Assembly: GCA_947646655.1 (NCBI GenBank)
Contig: CANSHI010000004.1
Location: 12,213 to 76,212 of the forward strand
Direction of reading: 5' to 3'
Origin: an uncultured bacterium
GTDB lineage: Bacteria > Bacillota_I > Bacilli_A > RF39 > UBA660
DNA length: 64,000 nt
Below the pieces are notes generated by a model. That model had not been told where the DNA came from. It saw nothing but the letters and a program-made list of their open reading frames with translations, and did no database searches. Each line of letters opens with the position of its first letter. Position 1 is the stretch's first letter. Shown here in pieces: positions 20,762 to 30,298 of this stretch. The position numbers were made by a program, and so were the translations under genes.

Positions 20762-21943
20762 TTATTTTATGTCTTTATCGAATGAAATATCACTAACTTC
20801 ATAATGACGTCTATTCGATAAGAAAGAAAGGATTTTTGTAGATAGCCAGCCGAGGATAGCTAGGGCGAAGAAATATATCACGCCGAATATTGAGAACTCG
20901 GGTGCTGTTTCTGTTAAGAGGGCGATTATTGAAGCACCAGCACTCATTGAAGTTACGATTGTAAGACTGTCTACAGATTTACTAGTGACATCTTGTTTTA
21001 AACCGTCAAATAATTTTTGAGCACTGGAAACATAATTTTTAGTCATATCCCAAAGATATTTTATATAGTTTAAAGTATCTCTAAGTGTCTCATAACGATA
21101 ACCTGAAATAGCTAAAAATTCTTCTAAATCACTATCACTTTTAGCAATCTTTTCGCGTGTACTAATATAAGTACTCATTTGATTAATTCTTCCATCAATT
21201 AAATTGATCGTTTTAGCGTATCCTTCTAATTTAGTAGTAAATTTAACGATATCGGAACCTTTTACTTTAGCGTTTTCTTTTACTGCATCGATTTTTTCCC
21301 AAATAATACGGTGCATGTTTAAATATCTATGAAGTTGACCTTTAAACTCTCTAATAAAGATTTGTTCTTCGATATATCTTTCGATGTTCTCATTACTTTT
21401 CTTTTTATTATTGATAAAATAATATTTATCTCCACGAACAACATCGTAATTGTTATTGTTAAATTCAAAGTATTTTTGTTTTTCTGTACGAGAAAGAAGG
21501 GTAGCCATCTCATCTTTAGAAATTTTATCGCATACTACAAAGTAAGGGTAGACTGTTTCGATATTGGCTAGTTCTTTTGGTACAGGAGCACCTAAATGGA
21601 ACAGATAGCTAAATGCTGGCGAGAGTTTGTTCTCATAATAATCTGTCACTTTATCGATATCAGCAAAAAGTGTGTCTTCACTGACTTTAGTATTGTTTAA
21701 AACGATTAATCCATCTTCAAAAATTTTGACAGTAATATACTCACTCGTAGTAAACTCTACGTACTCTTCACCTGATACACCATATTCTATTTTTCCTATA
21801 TTGAGGTTCTTTCTATATTCTATTAATTTATTTTCGTCTAATTTTAATTGAGTTTTAGCATCTCTTAAAAAATCATATATTTCGGATAGTTGTAACATAG
21901 TTCTTTGAAACCAACCACCGATGTAGACATTGCGTATTTTCAT
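20762..21943 (-). CDS. Hypothetical membrane protein with CorA-like architecture (long helices, two C-terminal TMs)
   Basis: 393-aa ORF; two C-terminal TMs; no GMN motif. Confidence 0.55.
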   Translation of the reverse strand: MKIRNVYIGGWFQRTMLQLSEIYDFLRDAKTQLKLDENKLIEYRKNLNIGKIEYGVSGEEYVEFTTSEYITVKIFEDGLIVLNNTKVSEDTLFADIDKVTDYYENKLSPAFSYLFHLGAPVPKELANIETVYPYFVVCDKISKDEMATLLSRTEKQKYFEFNNNNYDVVRGDKYYFINNKKKSNENIERYIEEQIFIREFKGQLHRYLNMHRIIWEKIDAVKENAKVKGSDIVKFTTKLEGYAKTINLIDGRINQMSTYISTREKIAKSDSDLEEFLAISGYRYETLRDTLNYIKYLWDMTKNYVSSAQKLFDGLKQDVTSKSVDSLTIVTSMSAGASIIALLTETAPEFSIFGVIYFFALAILGWLSTKILSFLSNRRHYEVSDISFDKDIK

Positions 21944-21957
21944 AATTCATTACTCCT

Positions 21958-22395
21958 TTAAATTGTTTTTGAGAAAAACATTGCATCATCTATATTAAAA
22001 CCATAATCGGTATAAAGTTTATGAGCTGCGACTCTAAAATTTCTTGACCATAGCTCAACCGTCTTACACCCTTTTTCACGACATATTTGAAAAGCAAAAT
22101 CTAATAATTTTGTACCAAGTTTATGTCTTCTAAAGTCAGGATGAACACAAACATGGTTAAATATTGCATATGTATTCATATCTTCGTATATAGTTGGAAT
22201 TACAGTAATCTTTAGATGAGCAACTATTTTTCCATCTAGTTTTCCAATGACATATAATTGATTCGAATCGGCATTAGTCTGTTTATATATACTCTCAGCA
22301 TAATCAATACTTGTATTTTCTTCAAAACAGAGATTACACAGTTCAATAGTTCCTCGCAAATCGTGTTCTTCCATTATTTGAAAGTGTATATCCAT
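21958..22395 (-). CDS. GNAT acetyltransferase
   Basis: VCVHPDFRRHKLGTKLL; AHKLY..YGF. Confidence 0.9.
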   Translation of the reverse strand: MDIHFQIMEEHDLRGTIELCNLCFEENTSIDYAESIYKQTNADSNQLYVIGKLDGKIVAHLKITVIPTIYEDMNTYAIFNHVCVHPDFRRHKLGTKLLDFAFQICREKGCKTVELWSRNFRVAAHKLYTDYGFNIDDAMFFSKTI

Positions 22396-22476
22396 TTAAG
22401 TACCTCCTATCATATATAGTATATCAAATTTTTAGTATGTTTTAAAATGTAAGTTATAAAAGTTTACAAAAAAGAA

Positions 22477-23391
22477 TTACCTTTTTAAAAGTAATTCGAT
22501 TAATTCATTAACATCTTTGTCCTGAGAAACTATTTCATATACGCAGTTTAAAATAGGGGAGTCATAATTTTTTTCTTTAAATAACTTATAATATACTTTT
22601 AAATTTTCATAACCTTCAACTGTGTTATTTTTAAGATACTCTCTTTTTTCGTCTTTGTTTCCTAAAGCAAGGATGGTACCAAATGTTAAATTTCTGCTAT
22701 TTTGACTCGTGCATGTTAAAGTTAAGTCACCAATACAGGCAAGAGTTAAGACTGAATTATTTGAGCTAATATTGTTAAAAATATTTTCTATTTCTTTTAG
22801 AACTCTCGTAATATAGAGACATCTTGTAGATGGACCATAGTTTAACAACATTCCACTTCCTATAGCATAAGCATTTTTTAAAGATCCAGCCATTTCGATG
22901 GCTTCTACTTCACAAGAATATTCTAAGTAGACATTTTTAAGAGAACGAGAAATCAACTCATAAGAAGTCTTTTCTTTAGCTCCTATAGTAAATCCAATCG
23001 GCTCAAGAGCTGCAATATCTACCGCAAAGGTTGGACCTGATATAACGGCATATTTATTATTTGGAAGTATTTTTTCTACGATCTCAGTTAGCAAAAGACC
23101 ATTATCTAGTATTCCTTTAGAACCTAAAATGAGAATTTGGTTTTCTTTTATAAATGGTTTTATATTATTAAAAATGTTTTCACAAAATTTGGAACCCGTC
23201 AAAACATATATTAGCTCTGTATCTTTAATAGCTTCTTCAAAATTGTTAGTGACTTCTACTTCTTTTGGAACAACAATTGTACTAGGATCTTCCTGTTCAG
23301 TCCACATAAATACATGGCAATCACTAGTGAGTAAAATTTTAGTAATGGCTTTGGCATAAACGCCTGAACCGATAACTGTTACTTTCATCAA
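22477..23391 (-). CDS. gpsA: NAD(P)H-dependent glycerol-3-phosphate dehydrogenase
   Basis: VIGSG, SKG, SGPTFA, LKNAYAIG, GDLTLTC.S.NSRN. Confidence 0.92.
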   Translation of the reverse strand: MMKVTVIGSGVYAKAITKILLTSDCHVFMWTEQEDPSTIVVPKEVEVTNNFEEAIKDTELIYVLTGSKFCENIFNNIKPFIKENQILILGSKGILDNGLLLTEIVEKILPNNKYAVISGPTFAVDIAALEPIGFTIGAKEKTSYELISRSLKNVYLEYSCEVEAIEMAGSLKNAYAIGSGMLLNYGPSTRCLYITRVLKEIENIFNNISSNNSVLTLACIGDLTLTCTSQNSRNLTFGTILALGNKDEKREYLKNNTVEGYENLKVYYKLFKEKNYDSPILNCVYEIVSQDKDVNELIELLLKR

Positions 23392-24587
23392 TTTTTCCTT
23401 CTTTCTTTGTCAAGTTTATCTAAATTCTTTTCATAATTATTGTTTTTAGGTTGGTAGTATTTTCGTGTTTTTAAATTTTCTGGCAAATAAGTTTCATCGA
23501 CCCAGTAATTTGGTGGGAAGTTATGGGGGTATTTATAGTTTGCCGAGTGTCCTCTTATGTTTTCTGGTATTCGACCAGTGATACCTTTTCTAATATCCGA
23601 TAAGACGGCATCGATAGATATTTCACCAGAATTACTTTTAGGAGATAGAGCCATTTCTATGACTACTACTGATAGAGGGATACGACCCTCATCAATTCCG
23701 ATCATCTTGACTGCTTCAATGGCGGCATGTATTTTTGGTCCAATACCAGGATTAGCAAGACCGATATCTTCATAGGCAATAACAGTTAATCTTCTAAAAA
23801 TACTGTCCAAGTCACCAATTTCTAAGAGCATACCTAAATAGTAAAGACTGGCATTTACATCGCTGCCCCGAATCGATTTTTGGAGGGCACTTAAAAGTTC
23901 ATAATGGTCGTTGCCATTTTTATCTGTTGCTAGAATAGGTTTGCCCATTATTTCACTCATCAATTCTAAGGTTATGTGGTGATTTTTGGCAGTATAGTAA
24001 GACATTTCTAAAGTAGTTAAAGCACTTCTAAAATCGCCATTAGCATAGGCGGCAATATAATTTAGAGCATCTTCATCGATTTTTATCTTTTCTAAATGTT
24101 TAGAGTACTTTTTGATACCTTTTTTAATATCTTCACTCGTTAAGTCGTTCAGTTCAAAAATTTGTACTCGACTTCTAATGGCAGGGTTAATAGAGTAGTA
24201 CGGATTCGAAGTTGTTAAGCCGATCAGTATTATAAGTCCACTTTCGACATAAGGAAGAAGCAAATCTTGTTTGTCTTTATTCAATCTATGTATTTCATCC
24301 ATGATTAAAATCATTTCACCATTCATTTTTGCTTCTTCGATCACTATATCGAAGTCTGCTTTGTTGTTTATGGTAGCATTCAACATGCGATAGGGAAGTG
24401 CTAGTTCGTTTACGAGAGAAGTCGCAATGGATGTTTTTCCTGTTGCTGGCTTTCCCCAAAGAATCATGGAAAAAAGTTTTTTATTTTCTACTAAGCGGGT
24501 AAGTATTCCGTTGCTGCCCGCTAAATAATCTTGACCAATAATATCGCTAAGTTTTTGGGGTCTGGTCGTATTTGCAAGTAACTCCAT
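23388..24587 (-). CDS. rarA: Replication-associated recombination protein RarA/MgsA
   Basis: MILWGKPATGKT, DEIHR, SALQKSIRGSD, YKYPH. Confidence 0.95.
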   Translation of the reverse strand: MELLANTTRPQKLSDIIGQDYLAGSNGILTRLVENKKLFSMILWGKPATGKTSIATSLVNELALPYRMLNATINNKADFDIVIEEAKMNGEMILIMDEIHRLNKDKQDLLLPYVESGLIILIGLTTSNPYYSINPAIRSRVQIFELNDLTSEDIKKGIKKYSKHLEKIKIDEDALNYIAAYANGDFRSALTTLEMSYYTAKNHHITLELMSEIMGKPILATDKNGNDHYELLSALQKSIRGSDVNASLYYLGMLLEIGDLDSIFRRLTVIAYEDIGLANPGIGPKIHAAIEAVKMIGIDEGRIPLSVVVIEMALSPKSNSGEISIDAVLSDIRKGITGRIPENIRGHSANYKYPHNFPPNYWVDETYLPENLKTRKYYQPKNNNYEKNLDKLDKERRKN

Positions 24588-24739
24588 TTTATCATCTTCT
24601 TTCTAAGTTGTAGATATGGATATATTATATGATAATTATAAGATTTTTACAATAAAGAAAGTAAAGTATATATGTAAAGGGAAATTGCTAATTAGAGCCT
24701 TTTATGCTAATATATACTTGTTTTAGAGTGAGGTGTATT

Positions 24740-25390
24740 ATGTTAGAATCGATCAAGGAAATTATAACTTATATGATCAATCATCCATTGTATGGGTGTG
24801 CAGTAATTTTTGGTTTAGTTTGCTGGCTTTTTTATCGGAAGATAATTGGAATAATGGGCGAAATATGGGTGAAAGTTGAGCTGATGTTTTTAAAAAAAAG
24901 CGATTATAAAATTTTGAACGATATAATGATCGAAGTAGGCGGTTTAACTCATCAAATCGATCATCTCGTTATATCAAAATTTGGCATTTTCGTCATCGAG
25001 ACAAAAAATTATTCAGGGAAAATATATGGGAGTGAACACAGTGAAAAGTGGACTCAACGGTTGGGTAAACAGAAATATGCTTTTCATAGTCCTATAAGAC
25101 AAAACTATGGGCATATAAGTTCTTTAATGGCATTTTTAAATATCCAAGAAAACAAGTTTATCTCGATCGTAGCTTTTGCCAATGATGCCAAATTAAAAGT
25201 GAACGGTAAAGTTCATGTAGTTAATTTCTGCGATTTACGAGAAACAATTAAAAAATATAGGGTGGAACTATTTAAAGATGAAGACGTGATCGATATATTT
25301 TTAAATATATCTAATGCAAATATAAAGAATCGAAAAATGAGAAGAGAACATGTCAGAAATATTAAAAAAGATTTAAAGGGAAAAGTGTAA
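24740..25390 (+). CDS. NERD nuclease-related domain protein with N-terminal TM
   Basis: QIDHLVISKFGIFVIETKNYSG, SPIRQN.GH. Confidence 0.88.
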   Translation: MLESIKEIITYMINHPLYGCAVIFGLVCWLFYRKIIGIMGEIWVKVELMFLKKSDYKILNDIMIEVGGLTHQIDHLVISKFGIFVIETKNYSGKIYGSEHSEKWTQRLGKQKYAFHSPIRQNYGHISSLMAFLNIQENKFISIVAFANDAKLKVNGKVHVVNFCDLRETIKKYRVELFKDEDVIDIFLNISNANIKNRKMRREHVRNIKKDLKGKV

Positions 25391-25459
25391 TCATGATACA
25401 AATTGACCTTCGTGACCTTAGTATGTTATACTTAAATTAAGAAAGATACAGAGGTATAT

Positions 25460-26329
25460 ATGAATCATGTCGATGAGTTTGTAGTAGATTTAAAGTATGC
25501 AAAAAATTATTCTGATAATACAATCAGTTCGTATCAGACTGATGTTATAAAAATGTTGGAATCTCTAAATAATAAAGAGATTAAAAAAATTACAAATGAC
25601 GATATAAAAAAGTATTTGAGAAGTGAGAGCTCATTAGCGAGTAAGAGTCTCGCTCGGAAGATGTCGGCTCTAAGAACTTTTTTTGATTTTTTAATAAAAA
25701 AAGACTATTTAAAAACTAGCCCGATGGATGGAGTCGAAGGTCCTAAAATAGGTAAATATTTACCTGATGTTTTATCAATAGGCGAAGTCGATAAATTATT
25801 AAATATCGAACCCAGTGATAATTTTACTTTTCGAAATAGGTGTATTTTAGAGCTTCTTTATAGCTCTGGTCTTCGAATAAGTGAACTCATAGCTTTAAAG
25901 TTACCAAATATAGATATCGATAATTCGATCGTTAAAGTGATGGGGAAGGGTAGCAAAGAGAGGATTGTGCCTTTAAGTGATATCGCTACCGATTATTTAA
26001 ATAAATATATTAAGGAAATAAGACCAAAAATGCTAAAAAAAACACAAACGGATGATGTGTTTTTAAATAACCATGGTAAGGTACTTACGAGACAAGCAGT
26101 TTTTAAAATGATCAAGAAACGTGGTGAAGAGATAAAACTCGGTAAAGATGTTTCTCCACATACTCTTAGGCATTCTTTTGCGACTCATATGCTTCAAAAC
26201 GGTGCCGACATCAGATTTATACAAGAACTTTTAGGGCATAGTGACGTGGCGACTACAGAAATATATACCCATATAGTAAACGATGTGTTAAAGAAAGATT
26301 ATGACGAATTAAATCCTCGTGATAACTAA
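25460..26329 (+). CDS. xerD: Tyrosine recombinase XerD/RipX-like
   Basis: LELLYSSGLRISEL, GKGSKERIVP, SPHTLRHSFATH, LLGH..TTEIYTH. Confidence 0.88.
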   Translation: MNHVDEFVVDLKYAKNYSDNTISSYQTDVIKMLESLNNKEIKKITNDDIKKYLRSESSLASKSLARKMSALRTFFDFLIKKDYLKTSPMDGVEGPKIGKYLPDVLSIGEVDKLLNIEPSDNFTFRNRCILELLYSSGLRISELIALKLPNIDIDNSIVKVMGKGSKERIVPLSDIATDYLNKYIKEIRPKMLKKTQTDDVFLNNHGKVLTRQAVFKMIKKRGEEIKLGKDVSPHTLRHSFATHMLQNGADIRFIQELLGHSDVATTEIYTHIVNDVLKKDYDELNPRDN

Positions 26330-26354
26330 AAAAGGGAACCAATCGTCCCTTTTA

Positions 26355-26483
26355 TTAGTCTTCGTTATTAGCACGAGCTGAGTTGTTATTTCTAGCGTTA
26401 GTATTGTTTCTAGCGTTATTTTTAGCATTGTTTTTGCTAGAATTTTGTGCTTTAGAACGTGCACTGTTATTATTTCTACTCAT
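26355..26483 (-). CDS. 42-aa Asn/Ala/Arg-rich low-complexity peptide (not in ORF track)
   Basis: MSRNNNSARSKAQNSSKNNAKNNARNNTNARNNNSARANNED; strong GGGAGGT RBS; double stop; shares a terminator with xerD. Confidence 0.7.
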   Translation of the reverse strand: MSRNNNSARSKAQNSSKNNAKNNARNNTNARNNNSARANNED

Positions 26484-26660
26484 AATCTTAACCTCCCACT
26501 ATTATTATGAACAGGAGTTTGTTTAAAATGTATGGTAAAAGGTGGAATTTTAGTAAAAAATAATTTGACAAAAATTTAAGTAAATTATAGTAAAATTATT
26601 GATTTTTAACCCTATATTATTGTATAATCTTTAATGTACATTAAAAGAAGAGAGGTTTAT

Positions 26661-28088
26661 ATGAAAACAAAATATATGAAAAAAACAAAAATTGTATGTA
26701 GTATTGGTCCTGCAAGTAATGAGCCAGATGTAATGGAAAAAATGGTTTTAGCAGGAATGAATATTGCTAGACTTAATTTCACACACGCAACTGATGAAGA
26801 AAGAGCAAAATTTTTATCTTCTGTTCACCATGTTAGAGAAACAACAGGTGCGAATGTTGCTATATTGTGGGATACAAAAGGCCCAGAGTTCCGTTCAGGT
26901 ATGATGGAAAACGATGGAATCGAATTAGTTCCTGGTAAAACTATTAGAGTCGTTAAAGAAAGTGTTGTAGGTACTAGTGAGAGATTTAGTGTTAACCATC
27001 CTGAAGCTTTAGATTCGCTTAAACCTGGAGATGCATTCTTACTTGAAAATGCTAAAATGAAATTGGAAGTTAAGAGTGTTGAAGAAGATGGAATTACTTG
27101 TGAAATTATTTCTGGAGGACGTCTAGGTAATAAGAAAAGTTTAAGTGTTCCTGGTGTCGATTTAGGCATTCCATACATTTCTGAACAAGATAGAGCAGAT
27201 TTAAAATATGCATGTGAACATGGAGGAGAATTCCTAGCAACATCATTCGTTTCTACTCCAGAAAACGTTTTAGAACTTAAAGAAATTTTAAAATCTCATG
27301 GTAGAGAAGATTTACAAATTATATGTAAGATTGAGAATCAATTAGGTGTAGATAATTTAGAAAAGATTTTAGAAGTTTCTGACGGTGTTATGGTTGCTCG
27401 TGGTGACTTAGGGGCAGAAGTTCCAAGTGAGTTATTACCTGTAATTCAAAAGCAAATGATTCAAACTTGTAGAAACATGGGTAAAATATGTATCGTTGCT
27501 ACTGAGATGCTTGAAACTATGATGGAAAACAGTCGTCCAAAAAGAGCAGAAACTAGCGATATTGCTAATGCTGTATTAGATGGAACAGATGCAGTAATGC
27601 TTTCTGGTGAAACTACTATAGGTAAACATCCAGTAGAAACTGTTGCAGCTATGGCTAAAATTTGTGAAACTACTGAACAATATGCTGATTTCGATTATGC
27701 ATTCCAATATAACAAATTAGATGATATTACAGCTGCTATTGCAACGAATGTTGTAGAAAGTGCAAACAGATTAGATGCTAAAGTTATATGTGCAGCTACT
27801 ATTAGTGGATATACAGCACGTGTCATCAGTAATTTAAAACCAGAAGCACCTATTTTAGCTCTTGTACCAGATGAAAAAACTGGAAGAAGGTTAGCGCTTA
27901 ACTGGGGTGTATATCCTGCACTTCTACCTGTTGAGGATACTATAGATGATGTACTTAAGAGCAGTGTTGAGGCAGCGAAAGAATTTACTGACTTAGAAAG
28001 TAACGATAAAATCGTTATTGCTGGTGGATTCCCTAATACTAAAGTATCTAAAACAACAAATCTGATGAAGATTGAAGTTATCGATTAA
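26661..28088 (+). CDS. pyk: Pyruvate kinase
   Basis: TKIVCSIGPA, DTKGPE, MVARGDLG, DGTDAVMLSGET. Confidence 0.98.
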   Translation: MKTKYMKKTKIVCSIGPASNEPDVMEKMVLAGMNIARLNFTHATDEERAKFLSSVHHVRETTGANVAILWDTKGPEFRSGMMENDGIELVPGKTIRVVKESVVGTSERFSVNHPEALDSLKPGDAFLLENAKMKLEVKSVEEDGITCEIISGGRLGNKKSLSVPGVDLGIPYISEQDRADLKYACEHGGEFLATSFVSTPENVLELKEILKSHGREDLQIICKIENQLGVDNLEKILEVSDGVMVARGDLGAEVPSELLPVIQKQMIQTCRNMGKICIVATEMLETMMENSRPKRAETSDIANAVLDGTDAVMLSGETTIGKHPVETVAAMAKICETTEQYADFDYAFQYNKLDDITAAIATNVVESANRLDAKVICAATISGYTARVISNLKPEAPILALVPDEKTGRRLALNWGVYPALLPVEDTIDDVLKSSVEAAKEFTDLESNDKIVIAGGFPNTKVSKTTNLMKIEVID

Positions 28089-28176
28089 TTATATAAACAT
28101 TCGACAAAGATCGAGTGTTTTATTTTGTATAAAGTGTAAGATATTTTCATATAAAGTATAGAGTGGGGGAGATCAT

Positions 28177-28914
28177 ATGAAAATATTGTGGCCTTTTATT
28201 TTAGCTAGTATTGCTGGACTATCTACAATGCTTGGGTGTTTAGGAATCTTTATTCCTGTAAAGAAGAAAGATGAATTTATAACATTTTCAATAAGTTTGT
28301 CTCTAGCTGTGATGATCATGGTAAGCGTTTTTGATTTAATACCGAGTTCTCTTCCTAGACTAAATTCAGGTATTTTAGGTAATACTTTATGGTTTATATT
28401 ATTTTTTGGTACAGGAGTAGTTTTAGTACGTGTATTTAATAAGTTAATTGAAAAAGAGAAGGGGAGTAGTAACCTTTATAAATTGGGAATTTTAAGTTTT
28501 ATTGCCTTAGTATTACATAATCTTCCTGAGGGAATTTTGACTTTTTTAAGTACATATCAAGATTTTAACTTAGGGGTATCACTGTGTATCGCTATAACAC
28601 TGCACAATATTCCTGAAGGAATTAGTATTGCTGTACCAATCTATTATTCGACTGGTAGCATTAAAAAAGCTTTAAAATGTACGTTTTTATCTGCTTTAGC
28701 TGAGCCTTTAGGAGCTTTGTTGGCATATTTAGTTTTTAAAAACTTTATTACTGATGGAATGATAAGTTTATTTTTAATCTTAGTGGCAGGAATTATGATC
28801 ACTCTTTCGATCGAAAAAATGCTACCAGAAGCGATAAGTTATAATAAAAAAAGAGCCCTTATATGGGGGCTTATCATAGGTATTATTGTAGTAACGATAA
28901 GTTTACTTATTTAG
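28177..28914 (+). CDS. ZIP family metal transporter (ZupT-like)
   Basis: LHNLPEG and LHNIPEG motifs. Confidence 0.92.
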   Translation: MKILWPFILASIAGLSTMLGCLGIFIPVKKKDEFITFSISLSLAVMIMVSVFDLIPSSLPRLNSGILGNTLWFILFFGTGVVLVRVFNKLIEKEKGSSNLYKLGILSFIALVLHNLPEGILTFLSTYQDFNLGVSLCIAITLHNIPEGISIAVPIYYSTGSIKKALKCTFLSALAEPLGALLAYLVFKNFITDGMISLFLILVAGIMITLSIEKMLPEAISYNKKRALIWGLIIGIIVVTISLLI

Positions 28915-29271
28915 AAAATGTGATATTATTAATAAGGTATACATAACTGTAGTAATAGCAACATTAGTTACTAAGAATATTATAGAGGCAGTTCCGACTC
29001 GATTAGAAACAGAAGTAGGGGCGAAGTGAAGGGATTTTGACTTTTTATTACGGTTATGTTTTTGGATTTCATCTAAGTCTATTTCCCTTCTAATCAATGC
29101 CTCTTCTAATATTTTAGCATGTTCTAAAGATATTTCGCCTTGTTGAATTTTATAAGATAGCATTTTCAGAATATTTTGCAAATCGATCTTAGATTCGATT
29201 GAAGATATTTCATCGAGGACGTTTTGTTGATGAGTAGGATCATCTAGGTTAGAAAAAAAATTATTTAGCAT
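28903..29271 (-). CDS. Hypothetical tail-anchored membrane protein
   Basis: Basic patch KKSKSL then C-terminal TM (G-TASIIFLVTNVAITTVMYTLLII). Confidence 0.6.
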   Translation of the reverse strand: MLNNFFSNLDDPTHQQNVLDEISSIESKIDLQNILKMLSYKIQQGEISLEHAKILEEALIRREIDLDEIQKHNRNKKSKSLHFAPTSVSNRVGTASIIFLVTNVAITTVMYTLLIISHFLNK

Positions 29272-29313
29272 TTAAATCACACTTTCTTATAGATTATTAT
29301 TCAGCAATACAGA

Positions 29314-29341
29314 AGTTAACATAATGGAAACACACGAAAGT
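29314..29341 (-). other. attL: dif-like hybrid site (intact XerD arm, degenerate XerC arm)
   Basis: Minus strand ACTTTCGTGTG-TTTCCA-TTATGTTAACT. Confidence 0.8.
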
Positions 29342-29344
29342 CCA

Positions 29345-29476
29345 TTAGTTAGCTTTTTTAATTTTTCTATATATCCAATTTGCAAACTTAATTAATAAAC
29401 ATAATATTCCTAATATTGCTATCACAGACATTATTATATTTGTTTTTAAAAATTCTATTATAAGTTTAATTCCCAT
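29345..29476 (-). CDS. Phage 43-aa single-TM peptide (not in ORF track)
   Basis: MGIKLIIEFLKTNIIMSVIAILGILCLLIKFANWIYRKIKKAN; overlaps the end of the RHH gene. Confidence 0.6.
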   Translation of the reverse strand: MGIKLIIEFLKTNIIMSVIAILGILCLLIKFANWIYRKIKKAN

Positions 29477-29615
29477 TTTTTTTCTTTTCTTCTAAATATT
29501 TTATAATAATTGTTTCAATTAAATTAGATAATGTTCTATTCTCGTCTAGTGCCATATTATCTAATTCTTTTTTTATGTCTTCAGTTGTTCTAAATGTAAT
29601 AGTTGTTGTTTCCAT
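29466..29615 (-). CDS. Phage ribbon-helix-helix (CopG/Arc-like) repressor, 49 aa (not in ORF track)
   Basis: METTTITFRTTEDIKKELDNMALDENRTLSNLIETIIIKYLEEKKKNGN; AGGAG RBS; divergent from the main operon. Confidence 0.8.
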   Translation of the reverse strand: METTTITFRTTEDIKKELDNMALDENRTLSNLIETIIIKYLEEKKKNGN

Positions 29616-29663
29616 AAAATTCGTTCTCCTTTATACAAATATTATAAAATGTTTACAAAATAC

Positions 29664-29726
29664 TTGAAATGTACACTTGTGTATGTTATACTATTATTGT
29701 GTACAAATCAAGAATATTGTGTACAA
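29664..29726 (+). promoter_or_regulatory. Phage sigma-A promoter with repeated TGTACA operator boxes
   Basis: TTGAAA(29664)-17-TATACT(29687) with TG extension; TGTACA at 29670; TATTGTGTACAA at 29695 and 29715. Confidence 0.7.
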
Positions 29727-29750
29727 CGTTTAGAAAGAGAGAAAAATAAA

Positions 29751-29969
29751 ATGGAAAAAGAAAGAAAAAAAATATTAGATAGTTTAGTTAAAATGGTAAA
29801 AAAAGAGGGCGAATATATAGTCGCTTCGAACTCTTTTTCAGTAGATGATGTTAAATACTTTAATGACTTAAACATTAAAGTTTCAAAAGTAAACTTAGTT
29901 CGTCCAGGTTTACTTGGAGACTATGAAGTGGAGTATGTAGGTACTAAGTTGGAAATGGGGCTTAATTAA
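29751..29969 (+). CDS. Phage hypothetical protein, 72 aa
   Basis: First gene after the promoter; ATG 29751 preferred because the track start overlaps the promoter. Confidence 0.65.
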   Translation: MEKERKKILDSLVKMVKKEGEYIVASNSFSVDDVKYFNDLNIKVSKVNLVRPGLLGDYEVEYVGTKLEMGLN

Positions 29970-30298
29970 TGCAAGATTATGATACAGACGTAGTAATAGT
30001 TTCCGTATTAAAATATGGAAAAGACCCCGACAAAATGGGCACTAGGTTAGATTTGTTACTTACAGACCCAAACCTTTGTGGTAACAATAATAAGTTTGTT
30101 GGTTCAGTCCTAGTAACACAATGGTATGGTAGTACAAATGTTTTTGATGATGTTATAAAAAATGACTTAATTCTAAAAGTATGTAAAGCACATTTTGTTA
30201 CAAGAAAAGATTTTAAAGACCCAACAAAGTATACTAGCAAAGTACAAAGTTTAAAGTATAAAGACAATGTTATTACTCTATTACAATCCGACATATGA
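29969..30298 (+). CDS. Probable phage ssDNA-binding protein (pV-like)
   Basis: 109 aa, beta-rich, lies upstream of the coat genes; function inferred from size and position only. Confidence 0.5.
   Translation: MQDYDTDVVIVSVLKYGKDPDKMGTRLDLLLTDPNLCGNNNKFVGSVLVTQWYGSTNVFDDVIKNDLILKVCKAHFVTRKDFKDPTKYTSKVQSLKYKDNVITLLQSDI

Noticed and set aside
24740-25390. NERD gene plus xerD as a defence or mobile island
   Set aside because: No flanking repeats or further cargo were seen; the neighbours are housekeeping genes.
25460-26329. Tyrosine recombinase as the prophage's own integrase
   Set aside because: It lies outside the att repeats, is separated from them by pyk and a ZIP gene, and looks like housekeeping XerD.
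29695-29726. TATTGTGTACAA repeats as a mini-CRISPR or iterons
   Set aside because: Only two 12-bp copies, overlapping a promoter; operators explain them better.
29649-29750. ORF-track N-terminal extension of the first phage gene
   Set aside because: It overlaps the predicted promoter and operators; ATG 29751 is the better start.
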